A DNA stretch of 64,000 nt from contig JAQGDQ010000162.1 of assembly GCA_030141605.1 (NCBI GenBank), positions 186,001-250,000 of the forward strand, read 5' to 3'. Shown in pieces: positions 1 through 13,800 of the stretch. Source of the DNA: Tubiluchus corallicola. Its lineage: Eukaryota; Animalia; Priapulida. The notes beneath the pieces were generated by a model. The model was given only the letters and a program-made list of their open reading frames with translations. It was not told where the DNA came from and ran no database searches. The stretch's first letter is position 1. Each line of letters starts with the position of its first letter. The translations under genes were made by a program, and so were the position numbers.

Positions 1-343
1 GTTGTTTTTGTTTTTTACACTGTATTTTGTTTACGACTGTTGAGTAAACATGAACTTGTGTTGAAACATTATACATGTTGTGTCTGAATAAAAGCCATGT
101 CTTTGCTTAAGTGGATGCTGGCTGTTATTTTCATTTTAAGAGTTTGTTTTCTGCATCACCAAAAAGTTGATAAGAATTTGATTGCCTTCAGATGAAACAA
201 AAAAACATATTGAAATTGAAAAGCAATTAGCATTACTGTAGACATTGTTGTTGTAAGATATAAAATTACTATGATATAACATGATAACGTGATGTTAGAT
301 ATAATATGAAACGTGGCTTTACTTGATAAAAAATTTTCTACAG

Positions 344-3300
344 GTGTGCACATGCTTGGCAGTGTGCAATGTGGACGTTGATCCGGTTTTGCTTAAACCT
401 CGAGGTACGAATGTACGGCGGCAGTTCAAACCAGCCATCGCGGCTGGGTACAGCGATGGAAGCGTGCGCATCCTTGACCTGAACATCACGGATGTAGCCA
501 TGAAAATGAAGGTGCACAACGGATCCGTGTCGAATATAAAATACTCTCACGATGGTAAGTGAAACTGCTTTATTATTTCATATTCATAATTAGCGAGTGA
601 ATATTAACCATGCCTTGCTGCCAAAAGTAAATAAAACAGTAAAGTTTCTAATTTGATTATTTGATGCTGATTGTTTTTTCCTGTGGTAACGGGCCACCCA
701 CATGTAATGGTAACACGTTTTTGGCCGATACCTTGTGTTATTTCTGTGTTATCATATGCTTCACCACCTACCTACCCCTTATATTGACATTGACATCACA
801 CCGATGTAGCTTTTTGTACATTTTATTCTTCCTCCTCCCCAGTAGCATCACTTGTGTTAATTAACGGAAAGTCATCAGTGGTTTCTACTGGCATCAGTGG
901 TAGAGGCGGTGGCAGCCCCAGTTCGCTGAACTCCTTCTCATTGACCCATTCTGCAGATTCCTCCTCCTCATGGCCAGTTACGACCAGGTATTCCCTGTTC
1001 CACATCAAAGCATGAAGTCAGGTAATGATATCATGGCTGAATCACCTACCTATCTTACGTTATAATGGCATAATCAGTCTCCTGCCACCTACTTATCCTA
1101 AACTTTATACAAAAATATGTGGATGGCCCCTAAAGGCATTTGTAGTATTACAGTTTGTAGGCATATGTTTAGATTTAGATTTAGATTTATTTATTCATCC
1201 ATTTAGCACATACAAAGTTCTAAAATTACTAATTAGAAAGCAGCAGAAGAAATTAACTTATGAGCTATGCTCAACATGGATAAGACTAAATTAATTATAT
1301 TAAGAACAACAAAAAAAATATGTTAAATGAAGTGAAGAAAACAGATGTGAGAAAATGATAATGACGATGTTAATGATGTTGATGATAATGATGAGAACGA
1401 TGGTGATATTAATGCTGATGACAATGGTGATGGTGATGACAATGATAATGAATTGGTGCTAATGGTGATAATGCGCCAGGTTCGACCATATAAACCAAGT
1501 TAGCCATTTTTGCAGTGTTACGAAAATTGTGTTAACATATTGAACTATATAAAAATATAAAAATGTGTTATTTTCAATTACAGAAATTGACTAATTAGGC
1601 TCATACGACTTAAGAATTGATTTCTTAAATTTACGTTTGAATATATGTTCTGATTTAGCATTTTTTATTTCTAGCCAAAGTTTATTCCATAGTAAAGGCC
1701 CTGTGAATGTTAAATGATGTCTGGCTGTGTTTGTTCTGCAGTACTGCACTTTAAATTCATTTGACCTAGTACTGTGAAATTTAACATTTAATTGAACTGG
1801 ATTATTAAAAAAGATTGGATGTAGTTTTTTAACTGTTTTATACATATATATACCTAGGTTATAATTAACTAACTCATCAACTAATGTTCCAAGACATGCG
1901 ACTGGTAGGCAAAAACTTAATGATAACCGTATCAATATCTTCCTGATATTTAATGTAACGCATAATGATTTTTCTGTAGTATATGACCCTGTATCCTATG
2001 CATTCTCATGAGAGAGGATTTCATTTCAGGTTGTCACTGAGTTTTTGCTGTTTTGATCTAATCTGTTTGCATTCTGTTTCGGTACATGTCTATATAAATG
2101 GTTTAGTATGCTTTTGGTATCACATTCAAAGTGGACAGTTGTTAATCTAACAATTGTAACAAAAACGTTTCTGCCAGACCAGTTTTTTCTTGATGGGTAC
2201 TTGACTTGATGATAAGTTATTTAAGTTAAGAGTTAACTCCGGTCTCTTGAGTAACAAACAGTTTTATTTAAGTTGAGCTCTGCTATTAACTGCTGAATTT
2301 TGACTGGTAGAACGTCAGACCACATAAAATATTATGGTTTAACGATATTCAACAATTTTTGACTGACAACAAATAATGTTGGGGATATTTGTTGTTGGGA
2401 AACACTTAAGAATCTCTTATCTGTTTCTGAATTAGTGCCATATAAAGGCAATGTATGCCTTTACTACACTTTACTATACCATGCCTGGGGTCTAGACTAT
2501 GTCCCTCACCCTACATTCATAGAGATAAGTAAATAATGGAGTAATGTGATCCTGGCTACGACTTTTTCAGGCATAATCCTAATCGTTGGATCTTGTAACG
2601 GGAAAATTGCCATTTGTAATCCCTTTTCTGGACTGGTCAGCCGATATGTGACTGATCACAAGCGGGCCTGCATCACTGATATAGACTGTTCTTCTGTGAA
2701 GGTAATTGTCAGTACTTGGCATTTGTTCCTGTTATTTATGTTAACCTTGTTATTCTTTATATGAATAGCCTTTACCTTAATGTTGTAAAAATAAAGAATG
2801 TACTTCTCATTGCAATTATGTACAGTAAATAATAAGAGGTGTAAATTATTAGTGATAGTGTGAATAATAATATAATTCACAGGTGTTTTCTCAGTTTTTT
2901 ACCCGCTTTTTGCAGAATTCCCAGCTGAAACTAGGAAAGTTATCTGGTCTGTGGTTGGCAGCAAGTAACGATCAGCGTGTTAGTGTGTGGGCTGCTGATT
3001 GGACATGTAATAAATGCGAACTTATCGATTGGCTGACATTCCCTGCTGTGCCATCCTCTGATTATAAGGTTTGAAAATCCATATATATTGTAATAACTTT
3101 TGAATTAATCTTATTTTGCTAACAGCTTTTCAGAAACGTAATTTCCTTTGATATAGCACTAATTATACAGCTTATGATTCTACAATTTACCTTGCACATG
3201 TATTTATTAAAAAGGTGAGACAATCGCTATATTTTCAGGTAACTAGGATACCCCCTAGCCTAGCACGGTTTAGTCCTGTGGACTCGGGCATTATCATTTA

Positions 3301-4392
3301 CACCGGATTTGGGATTCAGAAAGCAGTTCAGATGTACAGCCTTGTAAAACAGCAGGTAAGGATTTAACACAGGTTACCAAATGTAATTAAAAAAACATCA
3401 CAAAGCCTTTGAAACCTGAAAATTTACGTACTCATATTTTATTTTAAGAATAATGTGCATCGTTTAAACTTAGCTCAACTCAGTAAAATTAATTTTGTTT
3501 TTTAAGATTGAGTTTATTCGTTTTTTGGAATTTTTTTTCTGTAACAAAAAATTGTTGAAAAATATTTTCGTCAGCAGTCAGTAAGCTGACATTCGTACTT
3601 TGCAAATACTTTCTTACATGTTTACACTTAGCATTACGTACCATTTGTTGCTACATGTATTGTGTTGACTTGATTTTGTAGCTGCTGAGAAGTGTTTCAC
3701 TTAGTGATTGGGCACAATCCATGGATGTCTCTCAAAATGGTGCTTTTCTGGCTGTTGGAACAATAGGTATTTTTCATATGTTTGGTGTTCCACAAACTGG
3801 GATTTAGCAATTAGCTATAGGGCCCACTGTTTTCGTTTGGGCTATTTGTTTAAGCTAGTTTGAATGTTATGATCAATGACAGTTTGTTTTAAACACTATG
3901 CACCTCCCCTTTTTCATTATTGGTGCGGTTAATGTGTTAGTTTTTCAGCACTACTGTATTGTTCCAAATTATTCTGTATTCATATCTTACAGTGAAAACA
4001 TAAGCTTGTATTTGTATCTGTATCATATCCGTGCCAGCTAAAATGAACACATGAGGTTAGTAGTCTAACTGAGTTTGTTTGTTTCAGTTTTGGCAGGTAA
4101 TAAACTTGTGGCTTCAAGTGTTTGTAGTACTAAAGTGAGTCATGAAGTGCAGTGGTCCTGCACACATTTGTATGGCTCCTATCTTGTAGCTGCACATTTT
4201 TCTAATGTTTGCTTGTCATTTTTAGGCCGCCTACTCAAGCTGGTTGACCTCTCATTTGGGACGTTTCAGGATTTTGCCACGCACACTGACATCGTTCGAT
4301 CTGTAAAGTTCTCGCATAACTCTGACTCACTCCTGTCAACAGCACAGAATGAAATACAGCAGTGGCAGGTGCTTGTTTCTCCTGCACAGTGA
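344..4392 (+). CDS. WDR90: WD repeat-containing protein 90, last six coding exons (5' part lies outside the window)
   Basis: GT-AG exons 344-554, 2571-2701, 2916-3068, 3239-3355, 3682-3766, 4226-4392 splice in frame. The translation has WD40 repeats (AAGYSDGSVRILD; LWLAASNDQRVSVWAADW..CELIDWLTFP) and a C-terminus GRLLKLVDLSFGTFQDFATHTDIVRSVKFS..LLSTAQNEIQQW that matches my recollection of the WDR90 C-terminus. Confidence 0.85.
1350..1475. repeat. Degenerate (GAT/AAT)n trinucleotide low-complexity tract
   Basis: Runs of gatgataatgatg/gatggtgat seen directly. Confidence 0.7.
1591..1935 (-). mobile_element. 3' fragment of a non-LTR retrotransposon (CR1/L2-like ORF2 C-terminus)
   Basis: Minus-strand ORF ends HSTRS...RTN...TFTGPLLWNKL...IKNAKSEHIFKRKFKK, typical of the CR1/L2/Jockey-group ORF2 tail. 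Confidence 0.7.
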
Positions 4393-5784
4393 TTATGTGT
4401 GCTAAAAGTCTTCTGTCTTTGAAGTACAAGAACAAGACGAACAGTGAAAAGCATTTAAAGAAATTTGCATTAACAGTGTTCCACAAGTGCTTGGTGTACA
4501 TATTTCATGTTCCTTCTATCTGGTTTGCTGCCAGGTTAGTTAGTGTTAATGTTAATGTCAATGTTAATTAGGTTGAGTGTAAATTCAGTGTTTCAAATAC
4601 TAAAGAAAAGGATGTGGAAATGGCGACAATTATTTTAAAACAGAAGACTTTAAACTATTATGTCTTACTTACTAAGGAATTCCGTCCAAGTCTTGTGCCA
4701 AATTTTATTGTACATTACTAGCAAAGGCCTGATCATTTACGTTTTTCTGTGTTATACTCAATATTTGTACTTGTTTATTTTGTGAAACAGTCAAATTATT
4801 TTATTTTGTCTATACAATGTTTGAGTTGAAAGATATTGTAAATATCATATAATAGTGAGGCAAACTCTGACGCCATTTGCCTTGTGTCAGAATCCAGTTT
4901 CACGTATGGAATTTCCACCATTTAGCCTGAAATTAGTCGATCGATGTTCGCGCTCATTTAGGTGTTTTCAGAAAAAACTTACATCGTTTTGTAGCTCAGC
5001 TCTTTCTCTCTCTGAAGAGCTATAAAACTTTTAAACATTCCCATAACATGCTCGACAAGCAATTTTTTCTATGATGTTTTGCAGAGTTTACAGCAATGAA
5101 ATCGGATTTTCTTATCTTTAACCTATGACCTCAGCAGGACCAGCTTCCACCAAGATCGAAGAAACTTATATCAATCGATTTGTCTCATCGAGATCTTTCT
5201 TATGACATATTACACGATACTGTTACTCAACGCTGGAAGCACTTGTGTCCCCGACCCCCTTCATTGTGGTTTTGTCTTCTAACTCAAAATTTTCCTGCAC
5301 GCAAGTGGCTCATATTCAGCCATGCAGAATAACGCAACTCCACCTAGCCACATACAAAAAATTGTGGCCCTAATTAAAAACTGTAGGAAGAGATCAAGGC
5401 TAACAAAAAAACAAGAAATCCTGCCTGCTCCGTGACCTTTGACCTGACGGTGACGGGTTACACAAAACAATCCACCTACCTGGGGAGTGTGTGCTGTGAG
5501 TTTTGTAAACCTAGCCCAGTGCGTGTGCGAGTTGTTAAAAAAACAAACAAGATTCATCAGGAAGTGCAATGTTTATAGCGCCTCCTGTTGTGTAAGATTC
5601 CTCTGTATGAGCTGGGTTTTCTAGCATCGTGCCATCTGGATCTGTACTTGACATTTTGTTTTATAAAATAAACAATGTAATGAATTATGTGTGCATGTTT
5701 TTAGGAATTCTTTTAGCTGTTCAGCAATGCTCTAGTACAGTAAGAGTGGGTAATTTATCTGGTCGTTGCTTGTCACATCTGTTG

Positions 5785-6118
5785 TAGGGGTGATCATTCT
5801 CTACTAGAAAGCGAATTCGAATCGAATCGAATTTGTGACTTTCGATTGAGTATGAAAGATTTTCGAACAAGTTTTCAAACCACTAGTAAAAAGTGGTCTT
5901 TCAAAGATCATGCATATTACTCGAATTTGTTCTGCAGTAAAACCATTATTAGTTTATTAAAAATTTTGTACAAAAACTGCAGCTAAATTATGCTAATTGC
6001 ATGCTGTTCAAACATTTTAATGATAAAGAATATGTGGCCGAAGTGGTGAATTGTTCGAATCAAATTTGAATTAAAAAGCTTGTTTGAATCGAATGCGAAT
6101 GTTCGATGCTCCCCCCTA
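5785..6118. mobile_element. hAT-like MITE
   Basis: Termini TAGGGG...CCCCTA, subterminal TCGAA repeats, near-perfect 8-bp flanking duplication (atctgttg / ctctgttg). Confidence 0.65.
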
Positions 6119-6362
6119 CTCTGTTGCAAATATTGAGTTATTTTTAATTATCCTGAATGCAAGTAAGCAAAGCAAATCATTGAAGAAACAGTAGATTATC
6201 TGTACCACTCAATGCTTTGACGTAAGCTACCCTGGCTGTACTCGTCACATTCACAAAAATTTTGTGAATCCCTTACGACAGTGTAATTAATAGCAAAGTG
6301 TTTATAAGTCATAATGCTGAAGCGCTAAAATTCGTGGCTATTCTATGTAAAATGTCACATGT

Positions 6363-8535
6363 ATGGCAGTATTGATGAGGACTGTCAAACCATTCATGAA
6401 CGGGAAATTAAGAAAGGAACTAAACTACAAGAACAATCCGAAACGCATTTGGGAAAGACAAAGAACTAAACGAAATTGGAACAAATATCGTGTTCAACGA
6501 AACAAGGTCACTGCCTTGAAAGGGCAGGCCATTACAAACTATTTTATTGAAAGGTGTACCGGGGGGCCGAAATCAAAGGACTTTTGGCCAACCATCAAAC
6601 CTTTCTTGAGTAAAAATTCAAAATCTGGGCAAGATATTTGCCTCCTGGAAAATGATTCTGTCGTATCTGACCCTAAGTTAGTCTGTGATTTGCTCAATGA
6701 TCATTTCTCTAAAGTAGCAAAGGACATCAGTACAGAACTTTCAGAGGACGAGATTCAGAATCATCCAAGTGTTCTGAAAATTAGAGAAAACTTGAAAGAC
6801 ACTGAAAATTTTGATTTCAAACCTGTTTCACAGGATCAGGTAAATAAGGATCAGCCTCAATTAACTGGTCTCATAAATCAGATGTTTGACTGTTTGATGA
6901 TGCGTTGAACAAGAAAAACTACCGTCCAGTCAGTGTTCTTCCTATAGCTTCAAAGGTGTTAGAGAGAGCCATGGTGGACCAGCTTGGCGACCATATGTCC
7001 CGACACTTTCACCCACTCTTGTCAGCCTACCGTAGAGGATACAGCTGCCAGTCGGCACTGTTAGGGTTAACCGAAAAGGGGAGGAAGGGACTGGAGGCCG
7101 GCAACTATGTTGGTGCAATCCTGATGGATCTTTCAAAGACTTTTGACAGCCTTCCACACAATTTATTGTTGGAAAAGTTAAGGTGCTATAATTTATCAGA
7201 AAATGCTGTAAATTCGATCAAAAGCTACCTTACTGACAGAAAACAACTTGTTCAGGTCAGGAACGTCCAAAGCTCACCCCTTCCTGTGGATAAAGGCGTT
7301 CCTCAGGGATCTTTAACTGGACCTGTACTTTTTAATTGTTTTATTAATGATATCTTCCATTTTGTCAGTAAATCCACCTTGTACAACTACGCTGATGATA
7401 ATACTGTTTCCTACTCCAGTAAATAATTTAATGATATGAAACAAACCTTAGAGGTTGAAAGAAACGCACTGGTCGACTGGTTTGCTTCCAACCAGATGGA
7501 ACCAAGTCCAGGGAAGTTTCAGGGGATTGTTGTGGGCAAAATTACACACGACCTGAAACCTACTTTCAACATCAAAGGAGCAGATATTGAATGTACGGAT
7601 GAGGTGAAACTTCTTGGTGTAAATATAGACTATCGCCTGAACTTTGACTCGCACATTTCAGCCCTGTGCAAAAAAGCAGCTAAACAGATTAATGTTCTAC
7701 GCCATATTGGGTGAAACTTGTCGGTAAAATGTCGAAAACTCATCTACCTTTCGTTTGTCAAGTAGAATTTTAATTTCTGCCCTGTAATCTGGCATTTCTG
7801 TAGTAAATCAAATAACCAGAAGTTAGAGCGTTTGAATTTCAGAGTGCTCCGTCTAGTTTATAATGATTTCGAAAGTACTTACGAAAATCTATTGTTTAAA
7901 GACAATTTTGTGTCTCTTCAACTTCAGAGACAACGACTCATTGCTATCGAAGTATTCAAGATTTTGTACAAAAACTGCCCGTCCTATCTCTATGGACTGA
8001 TAGAGGAACGAAAGCAAAACCGCGACTGCCTCAGGAAAATGAACACTGCAGAACACCCTACGTATGATGGTGTTACATATGGCAAGAAAAGTTTCTCCTA
8101 TTATGGAGCCACATTGTGGAATGAATTACCAAACTGTCTCCGAATGGCCGAAAATCTTGGGGAATTTAAACGTCTAATTAACTCATGGACTGGTGTATCA
8201 TGTAAATGTGCCATTTGTAAATTCAGCAAACTTCCCAATTTTGTTAAGTCGTAATTAAATGTATTGGCAGGAAAAAATTTTATTGTCCTAGATAGCTTTT
8301 TGTGTAAATTTTAGAAAATGTTACTGCCTAAAATTTTACTGTCTTCATGTAGTTATAAATTTTTCTTGTACCAATACCTCTGGTGGCATCCAAAAGATTT
8401 TAAGAAGTACATATTATTACCATGTTATCGCTCATATACATTATGTTTGATATCGGTTTACGAGCTTTAAGCTCATGTTTTACAAATATGTACTGTTTTA
8501 TATCATACCGATGAAAATAAATATTATCTTATCTT
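6363..8535 (+). mobile_element. 5'-truncated, disrupted LINE (CR1/L2 group) reverse transcriptase ORF2 with 3' UTR
   Basis: Consecutive ORFs 6363-6908, 6905-7426, 7436-7714, 7832-8254 carry RT motifs NYRPVSVLP, DLSKTFDS, GVPQGS..GP, YADD, VKLLGV. Stops and an internal deletion break the frame. Ends with AATAAA and a short (ATCTT)n tail near 8516-8535. Confidence 0.9.
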
Positions 8536-10137
8536 ACCATAATTCATATGTAGAAATGACATTATATTATTTTCACATCCCAAGTGATGGTTAAATGGTA
8601 ATACTGAGATTCGATTAGAAGAATATTTTTTGTTCACTGTCATCAAAATAGGTGATTTTATGTCATAATTAGTAATAATTAGGTCATGGTACACAGTACC
8701 AAAGTCCACAGCTCAGCCACCGTTCTGATATGATCATCATTAAATTATGACAATTACTGTTTTTCTTCAATAAAAGACGATTCATTATTTTTTCCCGTAT
8801 GTCTCTAAAGCTGTCCTTGTTTACTAAAAAGCTAATACTAGCGTAAATTACGTAATTACATGCAGCAGTTTGTGGTTTGCAAGATATGTGACCAGTGTGT
8901 CACGCACTCACGCTACTTTGATGTAACGGAAGTTTTAAAAGGTTTCCCATGTTAACGATTGCCGTTTTAGAGTTGTCATTTCTAAGTTGTAAAAATGTAA
9001 ATTGCTAAATCAATAAATGCATTAAATTTTAAATAAAATATGAAAAGCACTATAATAATATGTGAGTATAAGTTTGTGTTAACATTCAGTTTATGAATAT
9101 CTATATGCAAGAAAAAGAAAAAGGGGGTTCAAATTCCCCTGTTAATAAGGCCCCATTTGAAACTACTAGTACTACATATAATAATCCTAATTACTGAATA
9201 ATTGTACTGTTTTGTTTAGATTTTGCTATCCAACTTTATTATTTTTTGTTTTCAGTTCTTTTTGGATAATTTGTATCATTTATACAGTTATTATTATTAT
9301 TTTTTGTTTTTGGTATCTGTAGCCTCACCGTTAATTTTTAATATACCTAATCTATTTATAAGAAAGGGCAGGAGACTAGATGACCCCATGGTCCTTCCCT
9401 GCCCTGCTCCATGATTATAATTACTTTATATTTAAAAAAAAAATTTGATGTTAAACTAATTGGAGAAAATAAATGTTCTATGTCTATGTTTTAACTTTAG
9501 TTTTATACTTTGAAATCATTGGACACCCTTGGGGTGGCTGATTCGATGACTAATGAGTAATGCTCTTCGCCACTCCTTCCCATTTGTTTTTTTATAATTT
9601 ATACTCATTTTTCCATGTATTGTTCTTGGGATGAAAAATAAATGATTTGGTTTTGAATTGAATAAATTTACTGCTTTTTATTTTACTTAATAGTTGTAGT
9701 TGTAGATATGACTGGAGACTAGACATTATTTTATATTATATTATATATTATATTTCATTCGGTACGCCAATAGTGATACAGTATGTTGTAATGTTTACGA
9801 AATCTGGCAATGGCTACTCCTTGCTGGCATTTACTTCGTGAACTAAGGGAGTAACTCATTTTCTGTTACAGCTGGATTTCCCTCCATACTTTTAATAAAT
9901 ATCACGATACCAAATTAGCTGATGAATTTAACTTTAAAAATCTAAGCCCTTAAAATTTTTGAATTATACACAATTAAATTTAAATAAATTCTTGGAAAAT
10001 TGTATGAGACCAGGGCCTTAGTCAGATAATTCCTGATTAATATTGCGAGGGCCTATTTTAGTCTCAGGCCCCGGTCGAACAAGGGATATGGGGAGTGAAG
10101 TTCATTTCCTGTTACCGTTAGCTGTTACTCTATATTG

Positions 10138-10673
10138 CAGAGCTGCCAACTCACGCATTAGGTGTGTGTCACACGTATTTTAAGTGTTTCACACATGCAC
10201 ACGCATAAAATTTCAGTTCTCACACATTCCACAACTTCACACGCAAACTTGCAAATCACCTGGTTTGAATGGCTAACTTTGCCACTAGCACCCAGCACAA
10301 AGTATAGTAATGCTGTCAATAATACAATAGAGTTCATGAGTATCTCGATGGATTATACACTAAAAGATATTACAGTTATTGAAAATTAAACACGTTTGAG
10401 TGCTAAAGAGCTTTTTTCGAGTGTTTAAAAGACGCTATGTATATATAATGTATGGTAAACTCTAATAACAGCATACGAAAGCTCACTGGTACCCCAAAAA
10501 TTCTTTGATTTTTTTTTATTTTTTTGCCTCAATTTTTTGACAACTTCATTGTGATACCCTAAAAAAGCAAAAATTTTGGGGGCATAATTTGCCCCCCCCT
10601 CCCACCAGGGGCGAGACTAGCCCCCGGGATTTCTATGTTTCACACTCGTTTTTACTTCAAATGGTTGGCAAAT
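10138..10673. mobile_element. Degraded hAT (Tip100-like) non-autonomous element
   Basis: Starts cagagctgccaac and ends with complementary gttggca. No clean TSD seen. Confidence 0.4.
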
Positions 10674-10860
10674 AGTTCAAATGGATTGTTTAACCAAAAG
10701 TTATAACATCTAATATCAATAATCTCATTATATATCATGTAGCCTTTTATAACTATTTTATTTTCAGGATCATTTTTCTTAATTTTTCTTGTTTTAGATC
10801 TACATTAGTGATACACCATGTAACTGTGCTAGTTTTGTGAAAACGTTTGTTTATCCAAAG

Positions 10861-13800
10861 ATGGCTAGTAGTAGCCAAAAGCGCAACAGCTTCCGTTCTG
10901 ATTCTAGGACCACACCCGCCTGCGACACAGTCACTGTGGTTAGCAGTGACGACGAGCCCCGAGATGATTTTCTATTTAAAGAGCAGCAGCATCCTAACAC
11001 GGCACGTACATGTTTATTTATTTATAATACCATTAATACGTGATAATAATTTACTGACATTTCGATGTAAAGTGCTAATGGTGGACAATTTTATCAAATG
11101 CACGGCTAATATCAGTATAACTACGCATTTTCTTGCCTTTTGTTAGTTTTTTTCATTTCACAAGAGCAGTGGCGGCTCTTAGCTAAAATTGAAGGGGTTG
11201 CTGCTTCAGAAAATTTTTGCCATTGTTTTAATACTGTGTAAAACAAAACAAACATATGTAGTTTTAATGTTGTAATTTGTAATTGTAATTTTAAACAAAC
11301 AAACGTACGAAAGTTTATACATAAACTTGATGAAATTCTAAGCAGAAAAATATGTTTGCTTACTAATACTTACTTTGTCCCCAGTGGGAAACAATTGGGG
11401 TTGTGTTAAAAAATGTGGTGTTCTATGCTCAGTTCAAAGCAGGAATCTGGAATTTTCCTATAACGTACTGTCAGGTTTTGCCATTAAATATATCTACAAT
11501 TTGTTTATTATATTAGATAAAGTTTCTAACAATATAATTAAGTGTCCGAGTTGCTTGCATGTATTTTTCATGAATTTTGTATTTTTAACACCAGTTAATA
11601 CAGTCTAGTGTCTGTGTTCTAAATTATGTTTTCATGACTCACTGATTCGCATGGTGGTCCTACTTGTGCAAGTCATGAAAGCCATGTTGTTGGACAATGT
11701 TTCAGAGCCTTCAGAAAATGCATGAAAATGTGCTTGGCATGAAAGGTGACTTGGAATGGAGTTATGTCATGCTTTTCTAATTAATTTCACGTCTTAATTG
11801 TAATATAATATCGGTTGCGCATGCCTAACTTTTTTCAAATTTTTTTCCTATTATATTTTAGGTACTGGCTGGTCTGAACACGTTACGTCGAAGTGGAGCG
11901 TTCTGTGATGTTACTTTGTGTGTTGATGGTCACGAATTTCCATGTCATAGGTAAGCACATTTCTGTTCAGCGTTATGTTTGTGAATGTTCCAATTAAGTT
12001 ATCATCAGCTTTTCTAAAAGTTTGTTTAAGTTGAGTTAAGTTTACTTTTCTATAGTAGACTGTCCATATCTATATGTTCTTGCATGCTTTATAATAGTTA
12101 CAATTCTAACATCACATACCACTAAGATAATAAATTTACATAAATTCATAAAATGTACAAAGTGGGTCCAAAGTACATCAAAAAAATATAACAGTTAAAA
12201 CCATTGAGTTTTCAATTTAGATGAATATACTAAAAAACTTGCATTATGAAGCCAAAAAATCTCTAAGATGCATGCAAACATTTCATGCAAGTAAGTATTC
12301 AATTCACGATATATACAATTAAAACTATGAAATTACAAAGATGATATAAAACATTCTTTAAGAATCGCAACAAGCTTTCAAGAACAAGTGAGTTTTTAAT
12401 TTGGAGTTAAGTGTGTCAAAATTGGTGCACGCTTTTAATTCGTACGGCAGAAGGTTTCAATAATAAGGGCCATGTGCCCTGAATGATCATTTATGAATCA
12501 TAGTGAGTTTGAAAACAGGTGTTTATTCAGGTGCACTTGGGCACCAAGAAGAATCAATTCGATTTATCCATAATACATGGGAAATAACTAATCAGGTAGC
12601 CAATGTCCAGTTTGGTATTATTAAAGCTTCATTTTCGACTTTTTAATAATAGGCAAAATTTAACTAAATGTGTGTGAAATGTCCAAGTGGACACTGCTGA
12701 TAGCTTGACCAAAATCTTTTTTTGGTTTCAGGATAGTACTGGCTTCTTTCAGTCCGTACTTCCATGCAATGTTTTCTGGAGAGCTGGCGGAGAGCAGACA
12801 AGACAAAGTCACCATCAATGGCTTGGAAGCGGCCATGATAGAACTTCTCATTCAGTATGCCTACACATCAGAAGTTCACTTGACCAAGATGAATGTACAG
12901 TCACTGCTTTCCGCAGCTAACCTGTTAGAAGTGTTACCGGTCCGTAACGCCTGCTGTACATTCATGGAAAAAAACATGGACGAATCTAACTGTATCGGAA
13001 TCCATTGCTTTGCCGAGGTGCACGCTTGTTCAAGATTGCAGCTCAAAGCAAAAACGTTTATCCTGTGTCATTTTGTCACTGTAGCTCAGCATGAGGAGTT
13101 CCTCAGCCTTAGCAAAACGAAGCTGATCGAATTCATTAAAGACGATGAACTGTGTGTAGAGAGGGAAGAAGATGTATTCGATCTTGTCCACAAGTGGTTA
13201 CTGCACAGTCCAGAAGAGCGAAAGACGGAATTTTGCAAGGTCCTCGAGCACGTGCGCTTGCCATTGTGTAGTCCGTATTTCTTGCATGATTGCGTAAAAC
13301 AGTCGGAAGTGGTCATGACTTCCGCGGAGTGCCAACTGTTGCTGGAAGAAGCGATGAAGTATCACCTGCTTCCGGACCGACGGCACCACATGTGTTCTAC
13401 AAGAACACGACATCGTAAAAACTCAGGTGAGTGATAACTAGCATCCCTATTTCAGAGCTAAAGGTAAGCACAGGACCATTTTTCACGTCTTACCTCATTT
13501 TGAAGTACTCTGAAAGTATTCATTTAACACCAGTCACTTATCAAAATGCCATAGTGTTTCTGAAAATTAAATAATGGGTTGTAAAATTTAATTTCCAGTT
13601 TGCCAAGCCAGTTAGTGATGACATGAAAACTGAACGCAACTTTCCACAGCACATTCATTCCTCGAGCATGTTGTACGTGTTTGCAAAAACGAAAATTGAA
13701 ATGCAGTGCTACTGTACAATATTCAGTGTGAATTTTGCAGAACTTCACAAATCTTCAGTATAAAAATTTAAATTTGAAGTTAATGGTAATGCGTGAGATC

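Noticed and set aside
4860-5640. Probable interspersed repeat downstream of WDR90
   Set aside because: The composition suggests a TE relic, but I found no TIR, TSD, coding remnant or second copy to support a call.
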